The position numbers and the translations under genes were made by a program. Positions 48,501-61,700 of a DNA stretch of 64,000 nucleotides are shown here, piece by piece (within the stretch, counting starts at the first letter, position 1; every line of letters begins with the position of its first letter). The notes under the pieces are model-generated. The model saw only the letters and a list, made by a program, of their open reading frames with translations, searched no databases and was not told where the DNA came from. This DNA comes from Macrostomum hystrix (lineage: Eukaryota > Animalia > Platyhelminthes), in assembly GCA_950097015.1 (NCBI GenBank), contig CATNEN010000038.1:21390001-21454000 (forward strand), written 5' to 3'.

Positions 48501-51500
48501 ATTTTCGAGACTTCAACACTAGTACTACCAAGCCATTCTGCTCCCCGTTTTTATACCAAGGGGGGATTTCCCCTTAATTTTTTTGCAGCGCCTGAATGCT
48601 AACAGCGTTGGGTGGTAACTGATTGGTTCACAGGCTAGGCGAGGTTGTCCTGTGGTTGAGCTGCGCCTAATATTTAAGGCTTGATTAGTTCAATTGGAGA
48701 AATTCGCGTCAGGGTGTCCATCGTGGCCCATTTTTATCTAATACCTATTGTAGACTTTGAAGGTCCAGCAGTCTGTCCAGATAAGGGTAGGTGACCACTG
48801 AAGACGGAGATGATGCAGGCACATTCGGGTGACATGCTGATAAGTTTTGAAGTCCTGGCAAGGCCGCACTGAGGCGCAGTGCTGATTCGTGTATATGCGT
48901 GTATGAAATACACTAGCTCTTATAGGGAAAAATCTGACATTTGGCCAGAACCATTGAATATCTCGACGATCTGAAGAGCTGGCGACTTGATTATTGCTTC
49001 AGAAGATGCGCAAGAAAACCTTGGCCCGAAAGAAATCTTAATTTAGCATCTCTAATCTCTAATCTCTAATTTCTCTATGCAAACAATATTAAAAGTTACA
49101 AAACAATTTTTCCTACAGTGTCGGGCTCTCTGTTTAGCGGCGCCTCAGCAGCGGCTGATTATCAGCAGCAGCAGCAGCAGCAGCAGTATGCGACAGCAAC
49201 GCCGGCCCTGGGTGGCGCCGTTTCTGCCGCCCCAGTCTCAGTTGTTGACGCACCAATGCGCCGGCGTCCAAGATCTGGTCGGCAGCAACAGCAGCAGCAG
49301 CAACAACAATTCATTGGCGCAGTCTCTGAAGGCTGGAATTTAAACTATTTAGTAGAATCCGCCTATTCAACTCCCATGCCATCGTCGGCTGCCGCGGTCC
49401 CAACGACGGCGACGCCGGCTAGCGCGTTGCCAACGCTTCCGGCCCAGATGCCGCAGCCTCCGGTGCCAACTTCGACGCTTCCATTGTCGACTCCAGTGAC
49501 GCAGCAGGGCGGCTATCGCGCTCTGGGCATGTCGCCTCTAGGCGCCAAAGAGAATAATCAGGGCGTGCGAACTCGGGCGCAGACGCGTTCACTGCTGTCC
49601 TCACGGGCCGGCAATAATGCTAGACGGAGCAGGTCGTTTCGCAATAAGGATAATAGCTCCATGGATGAAGAGGTGAGGATTGTCTTAATAACAAGAGAGA
49701 GATAGTCACTTGAGTCATCAGAGATAGAGTAACAAGAATCAGGGGAGAGTGAGTGACAAGAATCAGGAGATAGGGAGTGACAAGAATCAGGGGAGAGTGA
49801 GTGACAAAAATCAGGGGATAGGGAGAGACAAGAATCAGGGGATAGGGAGTGACAAGAATCAGGGGATAGGGAGTGACAAGAATCAGGGGATAGGGAGTGA
49901 CAAGAATCAGGGGATAGGGAGTGACAAGAATCAGGGGATAGGGAGTGACAAGAATCAGGGGATAGGGAGTGACAAGAATCAGGGGATAGGGAGTGACAAG
50001 AATCAGGGGATAGGGAGTGACAAGAATCAGGGGAGAGTGAGTGACAAAAATCAGGGGAGAGTGAGTGACAAAAATCAGGGGATAGGGAGAGACAAGAATC
50101 AGGGGATAGGGAGTGACAAGAATCAGGGGATAGGGAGTGACAAGAATCAGGAGATAGGGAGTGACAAGAATCAGGGGAGAGTGAGTGACAAGAATCAGGG
50201 GATAGGGAGTGACAAGAATCAGGGGATAGGGAGTGACAAAAATTAGGAGATAGGGAGTGACAAGAATCAGGGGAGAGGGAGTAACAACAATTAGGAGATA
50301 GGGAGTGACTACAATCAGGGGAGAGGGAGTGACAAGAATCAGGAGATAGGGAGTGACTACAATCAGGGGAGAGGGAGTGACTACAATCAGGGGAGAGGGA
50401 GTAACAACAATTAGGAGATAGGGAGTGACTACAATCAGGGGAGAGGGAGTGACAAGAATCAGGAGATAGGGAGTGACTACAATCAGGGGAGAGGGAGTGA
50501 CTACAATCAGGGGAGAGGGAGTGACTACAATCAGGGGAGAGGGAGTGACTACAATCAGGGGAGAGGGAGTGACTACAATCAGGAGATAGGGAGTGACTAC
50601 AATCAGGGGAGAGGGAGTGACAAGAATCTGGGGAGAGGGAGTGACTACAATCAGGGCAGAGGGAGTGACTACAATCAGGGGAGAGGGAGTGACTACAGAA
50701 TAAGGAATAATCCGCATGTATTGTACAATTTAAATTTTTCCTCGATTTCCAAATTCTACTAGCCGGAGAAGAAGTCGCTGCAAGTTTCATCGCTACTGCT
50801 TGAGGAATCTAGCGGCGCAATTATTGGTCTAGCTGGCGACCAGCAGCAGCAGCAGCAGGTCAGTAATCGGCAGTTGCAGCAGCAGCGCACAGCCTGGCTG
50901 ATACCGCAGCTTCGCCTATTGGCCAACGCCTATCGCCAGCTGGCCAATTGTCAGTGGTCCGAGGCAGTTCGCCTGCTCGAATCGCTGCCCCCGAAATTGC
51001 ACTATTCAGCGCCAGCGATGCAGTGGCTTAGTAGGGCCTACTACGAATTAGAAGATTATCACGGAGCCTGCCGACTGTATAGTGAGCTGCGACAGCGTCA
51101 GCCTTGGAATCTGCGCGGCATGGACGTCTACAGTAGCACCCTGTGGTACCTGCAGAAGGAGGCCCAGTTAAGCTCGTTGGCTCGCGAGTTGCTAGACTTG
51201 GACAGGTGCGCGGCTGTTGAACCGTTGTGCGCCGCCGGCAACTGTTTCTCTTTGCAGAGGGAGCACGAGATCGCTCTGAAGTACTTTCGGCGCGCTATTC
51301 AGGTTTGCTAAGGAGTGTTTTAGATTTTAATCTCATCTCAGATCCCTACTGCTACAAATCCCATCTCCTGACTCTTTTCAAGGAATTCCATCTCAGATCC
51401 TGACTCTTTTCAAGGAATTCCATCTCAGATCCTGACTCTTCAAGGAATTCTATCTCAGATCCTGACTCTTTTTAAGGAATTCTATCTCAGATCCTGACTC

Positions 51501-53957
51501 TTTTCAAGGAATTCTATCTCAGATCCTGACTCTTCAAGGAATTCTATCTCAGATCCTGACTCTTCAAGGAATTCTATCTCAGATCCTGACTCTTTAAGGA
51601 ATTCTATCTCAGATCCTGACTCTTTAAGGAATTCTATCTCAGATCCTGACTCTTTAAGGAATTCTATCTCAGATCCTGACTCTTTAAGGAATTCTATCTC
51701 AGATCCTGACTCTTTAAGGAATTCTATCTCAGATCCTGACTCTTTAAGGAATTCTCTCAGATCCTGACTCTTCAAGGAATTCTATCTCAGATCCTGACTC
51801 TTTTTAAGGAATTCTATCTCAGATCCTGACTCTTTTCAAGGAATTCTATCTCAGATCCTGACTCTTTAAGGAATTCTCTCAGATCCTGACTCTTTAAGGA
51901 ATTCTATCTCAGATCCTGACTCTTTAAGGAATTCTATCTCAGATCCTGACTCTTCAAGGAATTCTATCTCAGATCCTGACTCTTTTCAAGGAATTCTATC
52001 TCAGATCCTGACTCTTTAAGGAATTCTCTCAGATCCTGACTCTTTAAGGAATTCTATCTCAGATCCTGACTCTTTAAGGAATTCTATCTCAGATCCTGAC
52101 TCTTTTCAAGGAATTCTATCTCAGATCCTGACTCTTTTCAAGGAATTCTATCTCAGATCCTGACTCTTTTCAAGGAATTCCATCTCCGATCCCTACTTTA
52201 AAAAATTCCTTATAGATCCTTGAATATCTGAAGTTATATATTGTGTTTGATCTAAAATGGCATTCTGTTATCAGGGCGTGCAATTTATTAGTTTCGTTTT
52301 TCCCAGGTTAATCCCCATCATGCCTACGCCTATGTACTATTGGCGTTGGAGTACACTTCAATAGACCAGCTGGACAAAGCTTTGGCCGCGTTTCGCACTG
52401 CCGTTCGTTTGGAGCCGCGAGCATACAACGCCTGGTACGGCATCAGCAATGTGTACTTTAAACAGGAGAAATTCGCCTTAGCCGAGTGTCACTTTCATAA
52501 GGCTCTGCGCATTTATCCGAATTCGGCCGTGCTATTAACTAACTTCGGTGTTACCAAGGCTCGGATGGGTCGGCTTAACGAGGCCCTGGATTTGTTCACC
52601 CGGGCCAAGTCTCTCGCGCCAAAAATGCCCCTGTGCCGCTATCAGCGCGCCTCGGTGCTTTTCACCCTGGAGCGGCACCAGGACGCTCTGCAGGAGTTGA
52701 GCAGCCTGCGCCAGCTCACGCCTAAGGAGAGTCGCGTTTTCTTCCTGCTTGGCCGCGTCTATAAGGCTCTCGGACAGGTGTGTGTGTGTGCTTTGACTTT
52801 CATTATTGTATATCATATTAATTAAATTTCCATTTGTAAATCAAGGATTGTTGTTGACTATGGCCCATTTATGTCGCCTAAATACGCCCTTCGCCCCATC
52901 TGACTATTTGTTCAACTGTCTCTCATCTCACCCTGTCTCATCTCACCCTGTCTCATCTCTCCCTGTCTTAACTCTCTCATTTCTCCCCTCTCTCATCTGT
53001 CTCATCTTCACTGTCTCATCTCTTACCTGTTTCATCTCCCTTGTCTCATCTCCCCTGTCTCATCTCTCCCCTTTCTTATCTCTCTACTGTCTTATCTCTC
53101 TACTGTCTCATCTCTCTACTGTCTCATCTCTCCCCTATTTTATCTCTCTACTGTCTCATCTCTCTACTGTCTCATCTCTCTACTGTCTCATCTCTCTACT
53201 GTCTTATCTCTCTACTGTCTTATCTCTCTACTGTCTTATCTCTCTACTGTCTCATCTCTCCCTGTCTTATCTCTTACTGTCTTATCTCTCTACTGTCTCA
53301 TTTCTCCTTGTCTTATCTCTCTACTGTCTTATCTCTCTACTGTCTCATCTCTCTCCTATCTTATCTCTCTATTGGCTTATCTCTCCCTGTCTTATCTCTC
53401 TACTGTCTCATCTCTCCCCTGTCTTATCTCTTTACTGTCTTATCTCTACTGTCTTATCTCTCTACTGTCTTATCTCTCTACTGTCTTGTATCTTATACTG
53501 TCTTGTATCTTATACTGTCTCACTTCTCTCGTCTTGTCTTTCACAATTCATCTTTCAGCTTCCTCCGTCCCATCTTGCCCAGTCACATAATTCCTAGATA
53601 TTCTTACTGATGCGAATTCATACTAATAGAATTGCTCAACCGCAGGACAATCAGGCTATGGTCCACTTCAACTGGGCCATGGATTTAGATCCGCGTGGCG
53701 TTAATCTGCAGCTTAACGACACCCTAGACATCATGGCCGGCGGCGGCGGCGGTGGTGGTGGTGGTGGCGAAGGCGGAGCCTCCGAGAGCGACACCACAAT
53801 GGACGTGTCCGTGCAGCAGCATCAGCAACAGCCGCAGCATCCGTTAGATCAACAATTGCACCACGGCCCGGATGCTCTGTCGGCGCCAAACTCCATGATG
53901 ATGGACGACTCTCTGTCGGATCAATTGTCCGAAGAATTCGGTTACCACGCGCCCTAG
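45539..53957 (+). CDS. CDC27: CDC27 / APC3, TPR subunit of the anaphase-promoting complex, 7 coding exons
   Basis: Exons 45539-45771, 47546-47939, 48302-48458, 49119-49672, 50763-51302, 52307-52777, 53646-53957 in phase. Motifs IWKNLNFFCYENALFLAEQLYA, GMDVYSSTLWYLQKE, CAAGNCFSLQREHEIALKYFRRAIQVNP, YNAWYG, HFNWAMDLDPRG. Confidence 0.95.
46107..46674. mobile_element. MITE-like element with ~100-bp imperfect TIRs in CDC27 intron 1
   Basis: 46107-46208 is an imperfect reverse complement of 46572-46674. Confidence 0.72.
47945..48185 (-). mobile_element. tRNA-derived SINE family A, internally deleted, in CDC27 intron 2
   Basis: Reverse complement of body and head (…gacgcgttaaccgttctgccactcacccc). 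Confidence 0.85.
48600..49020. mobile_element. Partial copy (core plus one arm) of the foldback element at 7615-8235
   Basis: 48757-48985 matches 8016-8232; 48610-48710 is the reverse complement of the 7825-7920 core. Confidence 0.72.
49715..50698. repeat. 24-bp purine-rich minisatellite (gagtgacaagaatcaggggatagg) filling CDC27 intron 4
   Basis: Direct inspection; variants change gradually along the array. Confidence 0.96.
51330..52195. repeat. ~30-bp minisatellite (aggaattctatctcagatcctgactcttta) filling CDC27 intron 5
   Basis: Direct inspection. Confidence 0.96.
52915..53535. repeat. 16-bp pyrimidine-rich minisatellite (ctgtctcatctctcta) in CDC27 intron 6
   Basis: Direct inspection. Confidence 0.93.
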
Positions 53958-54142
53958 TTAAACCTAAAGCGCTTGACTTGGTTTTACATTCTCCATTTAG
54001 ACAACTCACTTGACTGCATTCTGATGACTCAAACTAGCTTTTTGTGTGCTCATTTTTTCTTAAATGAAACGTTTATATTATGTGTATCTATTAGTCATTC
54101 AGGTATTTAAAGTCCTTATTGACTTCACCTGTTTTATCGAAA

Positions 54143-55392
54143 TAAGAGTGAGAGAAAGAGAAGTAGAGTGAAAGAAAGAGAAGTATAGTGAAAGGAAGAG
54201 AAGTAGAGTGAAAGGATGAGAAGTAGAGTGAAAGGATGAGAAGTAGAGTGAAAGGATGAGAAGTAGGGTGAGAAGAAGAGAAGTAGAGTAAAAGGAAGGG
54301 AAGTAGGGTGAAAGAAAGAGAAGTAGAGTGAAAGAGAGGTAGGGTGAAAGAAAGAGAGGTAGAGTGAAAGAAAGAGAAGTAGATTAAAAGGATGAGAGTT
54401 AAAGAGTGAAAGAAAGAGAAGTATAGTGAAAGGAAGAGAAGTAGAGTGAAAAGATGAGAAGTAGGGTGAGAGGAAGAGAATTATTAGAGTGAGAGAAAGA
54501 GAAGTAGAATGAAAGAACGAGAAGTAGAGTGAAAGAAAGAGAATTATTAGAGTGAGAGAAAGAGAAGTAGAATGAAAGAACGAGAAGTAGAGTGAAAGAA
54601 AGAGAATTATTAGAGTGAGAGAAAGCGAAGTAGAGTGAAAGAACGAGAAGTAGAGTGAAAGAAAGAGAGGTAGAGTGAAAGAACGAGAAGTAGAGTGAGA
54701 GAAAGAGAATTATTAGAGTGAGAGAAAGAGAATTATTATAGTGAGAGAAAGAGAGGTAGAGTGAAAGAACGAGAAGTAGAGTGAGAGAAAGATAATTATT
54801 AGAGTGAGAGAAAGAGAAGTAGAGTGAAAGAACGAGAAGTAGAGTGAAAGAAAGAGAAGTAGAATGAAAGAACGAGAAGTAGAGTGAAAGAAAGAGAATT
54901 ATTAGAGTGAGAGAAAGAGAAGTAGAATGAAAGAACGAGAAGTAGAGTGAAAGAAAGAGAATTATTAGAGTGAGAGAAAGCGAAGTAGAGTGAAAGAACG
55001 AGAAGTAGAGTGAAAGAAAGAGAGGTAGAGTGAGAGAAAGAGAAGTAGAATGAAAGAACGAGAAGTAGAGTGAAAGAAAGAGAATTATTAGAGTGAGAGA
55101 AAGAGAAGTAGAATGAAAGAACGAGAAGTAGAGTGAAAGAAAGAGAATTATTAGAGTGAGAGAAAGCGAAGTAGAGTGAAAGAAAGAGAGGTAGAGTGAA
55201 AGAACGAGAAGTAGAGTGAGAGAAAGAGAATTATTAGAGTGAGAGAAAGAGAATTATTATAGTGAGAGAAAGAGAGGTAGAGTGAAAGAACGAGAAGTAG
55301 AGTGAGAGAAAGATAATTATTAGAGTGAGAGAAAGAGAAGTAGAGTGAAAGAACGAGAAGTAGAGTGAAAGAAAGAGAGGTAGAGTGAGATG
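54143..55392. repeat. 20-23-bp purine-rich minisatellite (gagaagtagagtgaaagaaa)
   Basis: Direct inspection; larger internal block duplications are visible. Confidence 0.95.
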
Positions 55393-56234
55393 ACAGAAAG
55401 AAGCAATTTTTTTATTCCTTCAGGCATTGAACAATAAAATTTATTAAATTTCAATTAAAACAATGTAATAAACTTTCTTTTTTCATGTAAATTTACCAGC
55501 AATTTTAGGCTAAAATAAACATTTAGCATCGCTTGTGTGTAATTTTCATGTTATCACAATTTTTTTCCAATGTGAAGACAAATCAATCCATTGACTTATT
55601 TCTTATTGTACAACTCACCAATTCTTGGACTTGAGCTTTGCTCATTAGCTAGATTGTTATTAGTAGTAAAAGGTATATTTAATCCATAATTTCTTACAAT
55701 TGGCACCTTGAAGTGTTTGTAATTTACCTGTTGGCGTCATATTTTACGTTGAAGTCACTGCAGTTTAACAACTTGATAACCATTTTTCCTATGTAAATGA
55801 ATAAGAAATTTCGTGGTTGTCTGTATGCTTAAGTAGGTGTTGTAATGACAAAACTGTTTTTATTTAAATTAATTCAATTTTCCGTTTGTATTTACCATTT
55901 CAATTAATTAAAAAATCACTGACTTCAACGTACTGGTATGATGCAATAAATAAGTCAATATTGAATTTCATTATAACAAAAATTCTTTCCGTGCTTCAAA
56001 TCCGCGTCCGTATTGAGTTTTTTCTTTGTTATTAAATAATCCGTCCTTTAAGGCGTACAGATTCTGTTGAGAATTGGTCTCTTGATATTGCCTTCATAAA
56101 ATGGTATTTGAAACATCCCATTAGCAATTAGCTTCTTTAAATTATTCCCATATAAAAATTTGCCTCACATAGTTCATACCATAGACAATGCCCTTCATAC
56201 CATTATTCACATTGACCATTAGCCTCATTTTATT

Positions 56235-57570
56235 GAACCCATAGAGATTGCGTCTCTCATGCAAACCACTACCATAGACTATTAGCCTCTTATGCTAACC
56301 ACTACCATAGACTATTAGCCTCTTATGCTAACCACTACCATAGACTAATAACCTCTTATGCTAACCACTGCCATAGACTATTAGCCTCTCGTGCAAACCA
56401 ATCCCATAGACTATTAGCCTCTCGTGCTAACCAATCCCATAGACTATTAGCCTCTCGTGCAAACCAATCCCATAGACTATTAGCCTCTCATGCTAACCAA
56501 TCCCATAGACTATTAGCCTCTCATGCTAACCAATCCCATAGACTATTAGCCTCTCGTGCTAACCAATCCCATAGACTATTAGCCTCTCGTGCTAACCAAT
56601 CCCATAGACTATTAGCCTCTCGTGCTAACCAATCCCATAGACTATTAGCCTCTCATGCTAACCAATCCCATAGACTATTAGCCTCTCATGCTAACCAATC
56701 CCATAGACTATTAGCCTCTCGTGCAAATCAATCCCATAGACTATTAGCCTCTCATGCTAACCAATCCCATAGACTATTAGCCTCTCATGCTAACCAATCC
56801 CATAGACTATTAGCCTCTCATGCTAACCAATCCCATAGACTATTAGCCTCTCGTGCAAATCAATCCCATAGACTATTAGCCTCTCATGCTAACCAATCCC
56901 ATAGACTATTAGCCTCTCATGCTAACCAATCCCATAGACTATTAGCCTCTCATGCTAACCAATCCCATAGACTATTAGCCTCTCATGCTAACCAATCCCA
57001 TAGACTATTAGCCTCTCATGCTAACCAATCCCATAGACTATTAGCCTCTCATGCTAACCAATCCCATAGACTATTAGCCTCTCATGCTAACCAATCCCAT
57101 AGACTATTAGCCTCTCATGCTAACCAATCCCATAGACTATTAGCCTCTCATGGTAACCAATCCCATAGACTATTAGCCTCTCGTGCTAACCAATCCCATA
57201 GACTATTAGCCTCTCATACTAACCAATCCCATAGACTATTAGCCTCTCATGCTAACCAATCCCATAGACTATTAGCCTCTCATGGTAACCAATCCCATAG
57301 ACTATTAGCCTCTCGTGCTAACCAATCCCATAGACTATTAGCCTCTCATACTAACCAATCCCATAGACTATTAGCCTCTCATGGTAACCAATCCCATAGA
57401 CTATTAGCCTCTCGTGCTAACCAATCCCATAGACTATTAGCCTCTCATGCTAACCAATCCCATAGACTATTAGCCTCTCATGCTAACCAATCCCATAGAC
57501 TATTAGCCTCTCATGCTAACCAATCCCATAGACTATTAGCCTCTCGTGCAAACTAAACCCATAGACAATA
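56235..57570. repeat. 33-bp minisatellite (ccatagactattagcctctcatgctaaccaatc)
   Basis: About 40 copies ending about 45 nt before the acceptor upstream of the Tim gene. Confidence 0.97.
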
Positions 57571-57677
57571 AGACTCCTATTTATTGACTGTATCATTATA
57601 AACATTTTTTCAGCAGATAGTGATTCAGCTCTGGCACACGCCCAACTCAAAGCCGCAGCCAAAAATATAGTTCTAGA

Positions 57678-57971
57678 ATGGAAGAGTTCGAAGTTGCCAT
57701 GCAAACGGCCAGCATGCGCGAGTTTCTAACGCACTACAACCAGATGGTGCAGTCGTGCTTCAGTCGCTGCGTGCACACCCTGTGGGATCGTCGGCTAACA
57801 GACGCCGAACTTCGCTGCGGCAATAATTGCATAGCAACACTCATATCTAGCCAGGGTAGGATTAGCCAGGCCTATCTGACAGCCAGCAGTAAGGCGCTAA
57901 TGCGTGGTTCTGATACTACTACTCAAGACCCCGGCGTTAGTAGTATGAGCAAGGATCAAAATAAAAAATAG
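57678..57971 (+). CDS. Small Tim chaperone (Tim9/Tim10b-like), twin CX3C
   Basis: MREFLTHYNQMVQSCFSRCV…ELRCGNNC matches the Tim9/TIMM10B pattern (RDFL..YN….CF.RCV); AATAAA at about 58084. Confidence 0.9.
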   Translation: MEEFEVAMQTASMREFLTHYNQMVQSCFSRCVHTLWDRRLTDAELRCGNNCIATLISSQGRISQAYLTASSKALMRGSDTTTQDPGVSSMSKDQNKK

Positions 57972-58377
57972 ATTTTTGCTTAACTTTTTGTTTTGTCTTT
58001 TGGTTTTTGTATGATACGCGCATTTCCAGATAATGATTGATGCAACTCAAATATGTAACAATGATCCAATTAATATACTAGTGAATAAATAAAACAACTA
58101 AGAATATAGTCATGAAATTTTTTTTTCAAGAATTGTTATGAATTTCTGCTCATATTCTCTTTGTTCAAAGTCTTATAATATGTTTTGTTCTCAGCTAATG
58201 GTCAACATTAAAACAGACACGATTAAATATATATATACAACCTGGAGCTGGCAAGCATTGCGTATATTGTTAAGGTTTGAAAAAATAGCAAATAAAATCT
58301 AGTAATGTGCGTCTACAAAATTAATGTCACATTACATTTTGGAAATGATTCAGTCTTCAGTCTCGCAACTGTTTAAA

Positions 58378-58703
58378 CATCAGTCTTGCAACTGGTTGAA
58401 CTGCAACCACATTCAGTCTTGCAACTGGTTGAACTGCAACCACATTCAGTCTTGCAACTGGTTGAACTGCAACCACATTCAGTCTTACAACTGGTTGAAC
58501 TGCAACCACATTCAGTCTTACAACTGGTTGAACTGCAACCACATTCAGTCTTACAACTGGTTGAACTGCAACCACATTCAGTCTTACAACTGGTTGAACT
58601 GCAACCACATTCAGTCTTACAACTGGTTGAACTGCAACCACATTCAGTCTTACAACTGGTTGAACTGCAACCACATTCAGTCTTACAACTGGTTGAACTG
58701 CAA
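58378..58703. repeat. 33-bp minisatellite (cattcagtcttacaactggttgaactgcaacca)
   Basis: Ten near-perfect copies just beyond the stop of the minus-strand gene. Confidence 0.96.
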
Positions 58704-58736
58704 TCTATATGACAAAATGCAGAACATGTTCTTTGC

Positions 58737-61700
58737 TCATAAGTTCTTTGCTTTCCTCCTAGAAGCTTTTGCTCGCTCGTAGCGAATGGTCTCGCCTTCT
58801 AGGGCGGACATTTCCAGAACGCGCTGGACAAATGAAGCCGGTCCGCCCAGGACTGCCTCCGGGTAGCGATACTTCTCCTCTGGAAGATTAGGAATAGTTT
58901 AATTACTGGATAAAATCGTCAAGCTTGTCGCTTAGAAATGTTTCATTGCTATATTCTCACCTTGCTGCCCATCGCCGTTTCGCCCGACGGCGTTAGCTGC
59001 CTGCTGCCTACCGTAACTGGGGCGCTGCAACTGATAAGCTGAGGGGTTGCTTAACGCTCTCCTCTGCTGTTTCTGCTGCTGACTAGGAGCGGCCAACGTT
59101 GCTGTGGGATTGCTGGCGCCAATCATTTGCGATTCACTAATTGGCGGATAAGTGGCCCCAGCGATGCAAACCATGTCCGTTGCTGATGCCGTTGCCCCCG
59201 CTGCGGTAGTGTCTGTCGCTGTGTCGCCTGAAAGAGGATACCAATGAAGGTTCGACTTTCAGACTATTGTCTTCTAGGTTTTCTAGACGACTCTAAAATC
59301 TCGTTGTGTGTAATATGTGTGCGTGTTTATCTGCCGAGAATTTTTTCGTTGCTAGGCAGCGTGCACTCTCAATTAGGGTTGGCTGGCCGTAAATCACTGC
59401 CAACGTAGCCTTGCTTCGCTCGCAGATTCGAGCCCGGGGACTTTGATTCGATAGCCCAATGCCTAACCGATTCGCTAGTCAGCCCCTATCACTCTAGCCG
59501 CCTTAGAAAATGTTTTTAACTCACTATAGTTGCTAGAATCCCTGAATCCTTTGGGCGGAATCGCAGTTACACCAGAAGAGTTCTTAGTCCGATTCAACAG
59601 TCTCCACTGCTCGCCGGTGACTGCAGCTCCACTAAGTGCCGCCGCAGTCACGGAGGAGCCTCCCAGGCCGAAGCCGATGCCATTGATTGACGCCTGAGCG
59701 AGGTCGAGAGTTCGCGTGCTGCCGCGCAGTACAATCCTATTTAGAGCTGGTGGTTGCGGGCGCTGCAGCTGCGGCTGCTTTGCCTGAAGCGGCTGCTGCT
59801 GCTGCTGTGGCTCGTTGCGGAATTGGTGCGACGATGAAGAGCCGCCGACAACGTTGCCGTTTAGGAAAGCAGACGAACCGAAGCCAGAGCTGAATGATCA
59901 AATAGTGACTTTTGTTTAGAGTCAAAAAGAAGAATAAATATAAAATAAAATCACATTGTTTTAATTAGGCGTAATTTACAAAAAATTACGTGCAGACAGC
60001 AAAGGGAAACTACCGGTGGACACGCCAAATAACTGAAATAATGCACCGAATACTACTGATTCTGAGAACACTTTGAGAAGACAAAGCTGACGACCAAAAT
60101 TAATTCCTTTGCAGCGTTGGCTTCAATACTGGGACATTTAATAGTGACCGAGACAGACCAGTTAGCATTGTCTCGCGGCCGTTGACGAGCAGTCCTTCTA
60201 CTACACTAGGTGGCAATATCTGAGACATGGTAGGCTTACAGCACTGCTATCTCGCCTGTATGACGAGCGCTCTCTGCTGCTAGCTGTTGTCCAATGACTA
60301 GGCGAGTTATCATCAGAGTCTCCATCAGTGTTGGCAGCTCCCTGAGTTGACAGTCGCACTGTTCATCAGATGCACAGCCCATGCGTCGATGCCTCTCCTG
60401 TTGGTCGCAGGCTGAAAGCTCCTGGAGCACAGACTGCTGCTGCTGCTGCTGCTGCTGCTGCATCTCCGCCTGGAGGCTAAGTACTTGCGACCGACCTTTT
60501 GATGAGGCCATTCGAGCGCGTTATTTTGCCGCGCACTTGTTTGCAGTCTGGATAATTCGTCTGCGACTGTTATGAGTTCTCATTGACTTATTATATACCA
60601 AATAGTTGGCCGAGCATTAATATTAACATCAGCAGCACGTCCAGGGTGCACACTCATTTCTGTCTCTATCAAACGGCAGAATGAGTTGACGCTAGCCTTG
60701 GCATTATCATTATATTAAATATGCATGACATTATGCGCTAGATTTCCTAGAGTACAGCCATAAAAACGTGGCTCCTTTTTCTCTGTTTGGCTTTACATTA
60801 ACATCCGACGTAAACTGCCAGAAAGTATGAGAGGAAGGAAATATTGACATACTCCACATGCAGTTTGATAGATCCCCAATAATTATATCGAAGACTTTCT
60901 TGGTTGTCTTGGATGGAAAGGTAGCAAAAGAAATGATTGATTAGGTACCTGCTGCTATGCTAAAAATTAGAAAGAGTTTGTATTTTATTCAGTTTGTTAA
61001 ACTGACTGATTAGTTTAAACTAAGGTTAGATGTAAAAATTCACTTCAAATTGAAACCAGGCGAAGATATTAGTATCGGAGAAAAGTATATATTAAGCTGT
61101 CCATATTGTCAAAGTGCAAGCATATTCAGAAATTGTTGTGTCCATGGACTGCACCGCACAATAGCTGCGGATATGCCATTCCATTATTATTTACTTGTCT
61201 CCTAGAAGCAAACAGTCTGAAGATTTCGAAACAGCCGATTACACATTTTTCAACTCAATATTCAATTTCGACAGTGTATTTTAGGACAAGCATTTGAATA
61301 TTCTAATTAGACTAACAAAAATTTCATTTTAACAGTGATTATTAAATTTAGACGATTCCTAGAACACAGACCTCCAAGCTCAACGACAGGTTTAACGTTA
61401 AGCTTGTCAAAAAGTAATGGTGGTTGTATAATTTGAATGTGAGTTTTGCGTCAGAATTAGAGATGTTACCATAGAGACACAAGCACAAGTCGAGGAAGTG
61501 TCTAAGTTGAATAATCAATGTTTTCATTTAATGTCTGCTGGTAGGGTGAGTGGCAGAGTGGTTAACGCGTTTGCCTCTCGCACCAAGGTCCCTAAGTTCG
61601 ATTCCGCGGGGAGGCCACATTTATTTGGGGCGCAGCCGCGGAGAGAAGGCTTGGTGGCTTGTCGTGCAATTGACGCCCTTTAGGGCCAACCTCCAAGGCA

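Noticed and set aside
49558-53610. Long repetitive ORFs (49558-50790, 49620-50717, 52806-53597 and others)
   Set aside because: Intronic minisatellites of CDC27.
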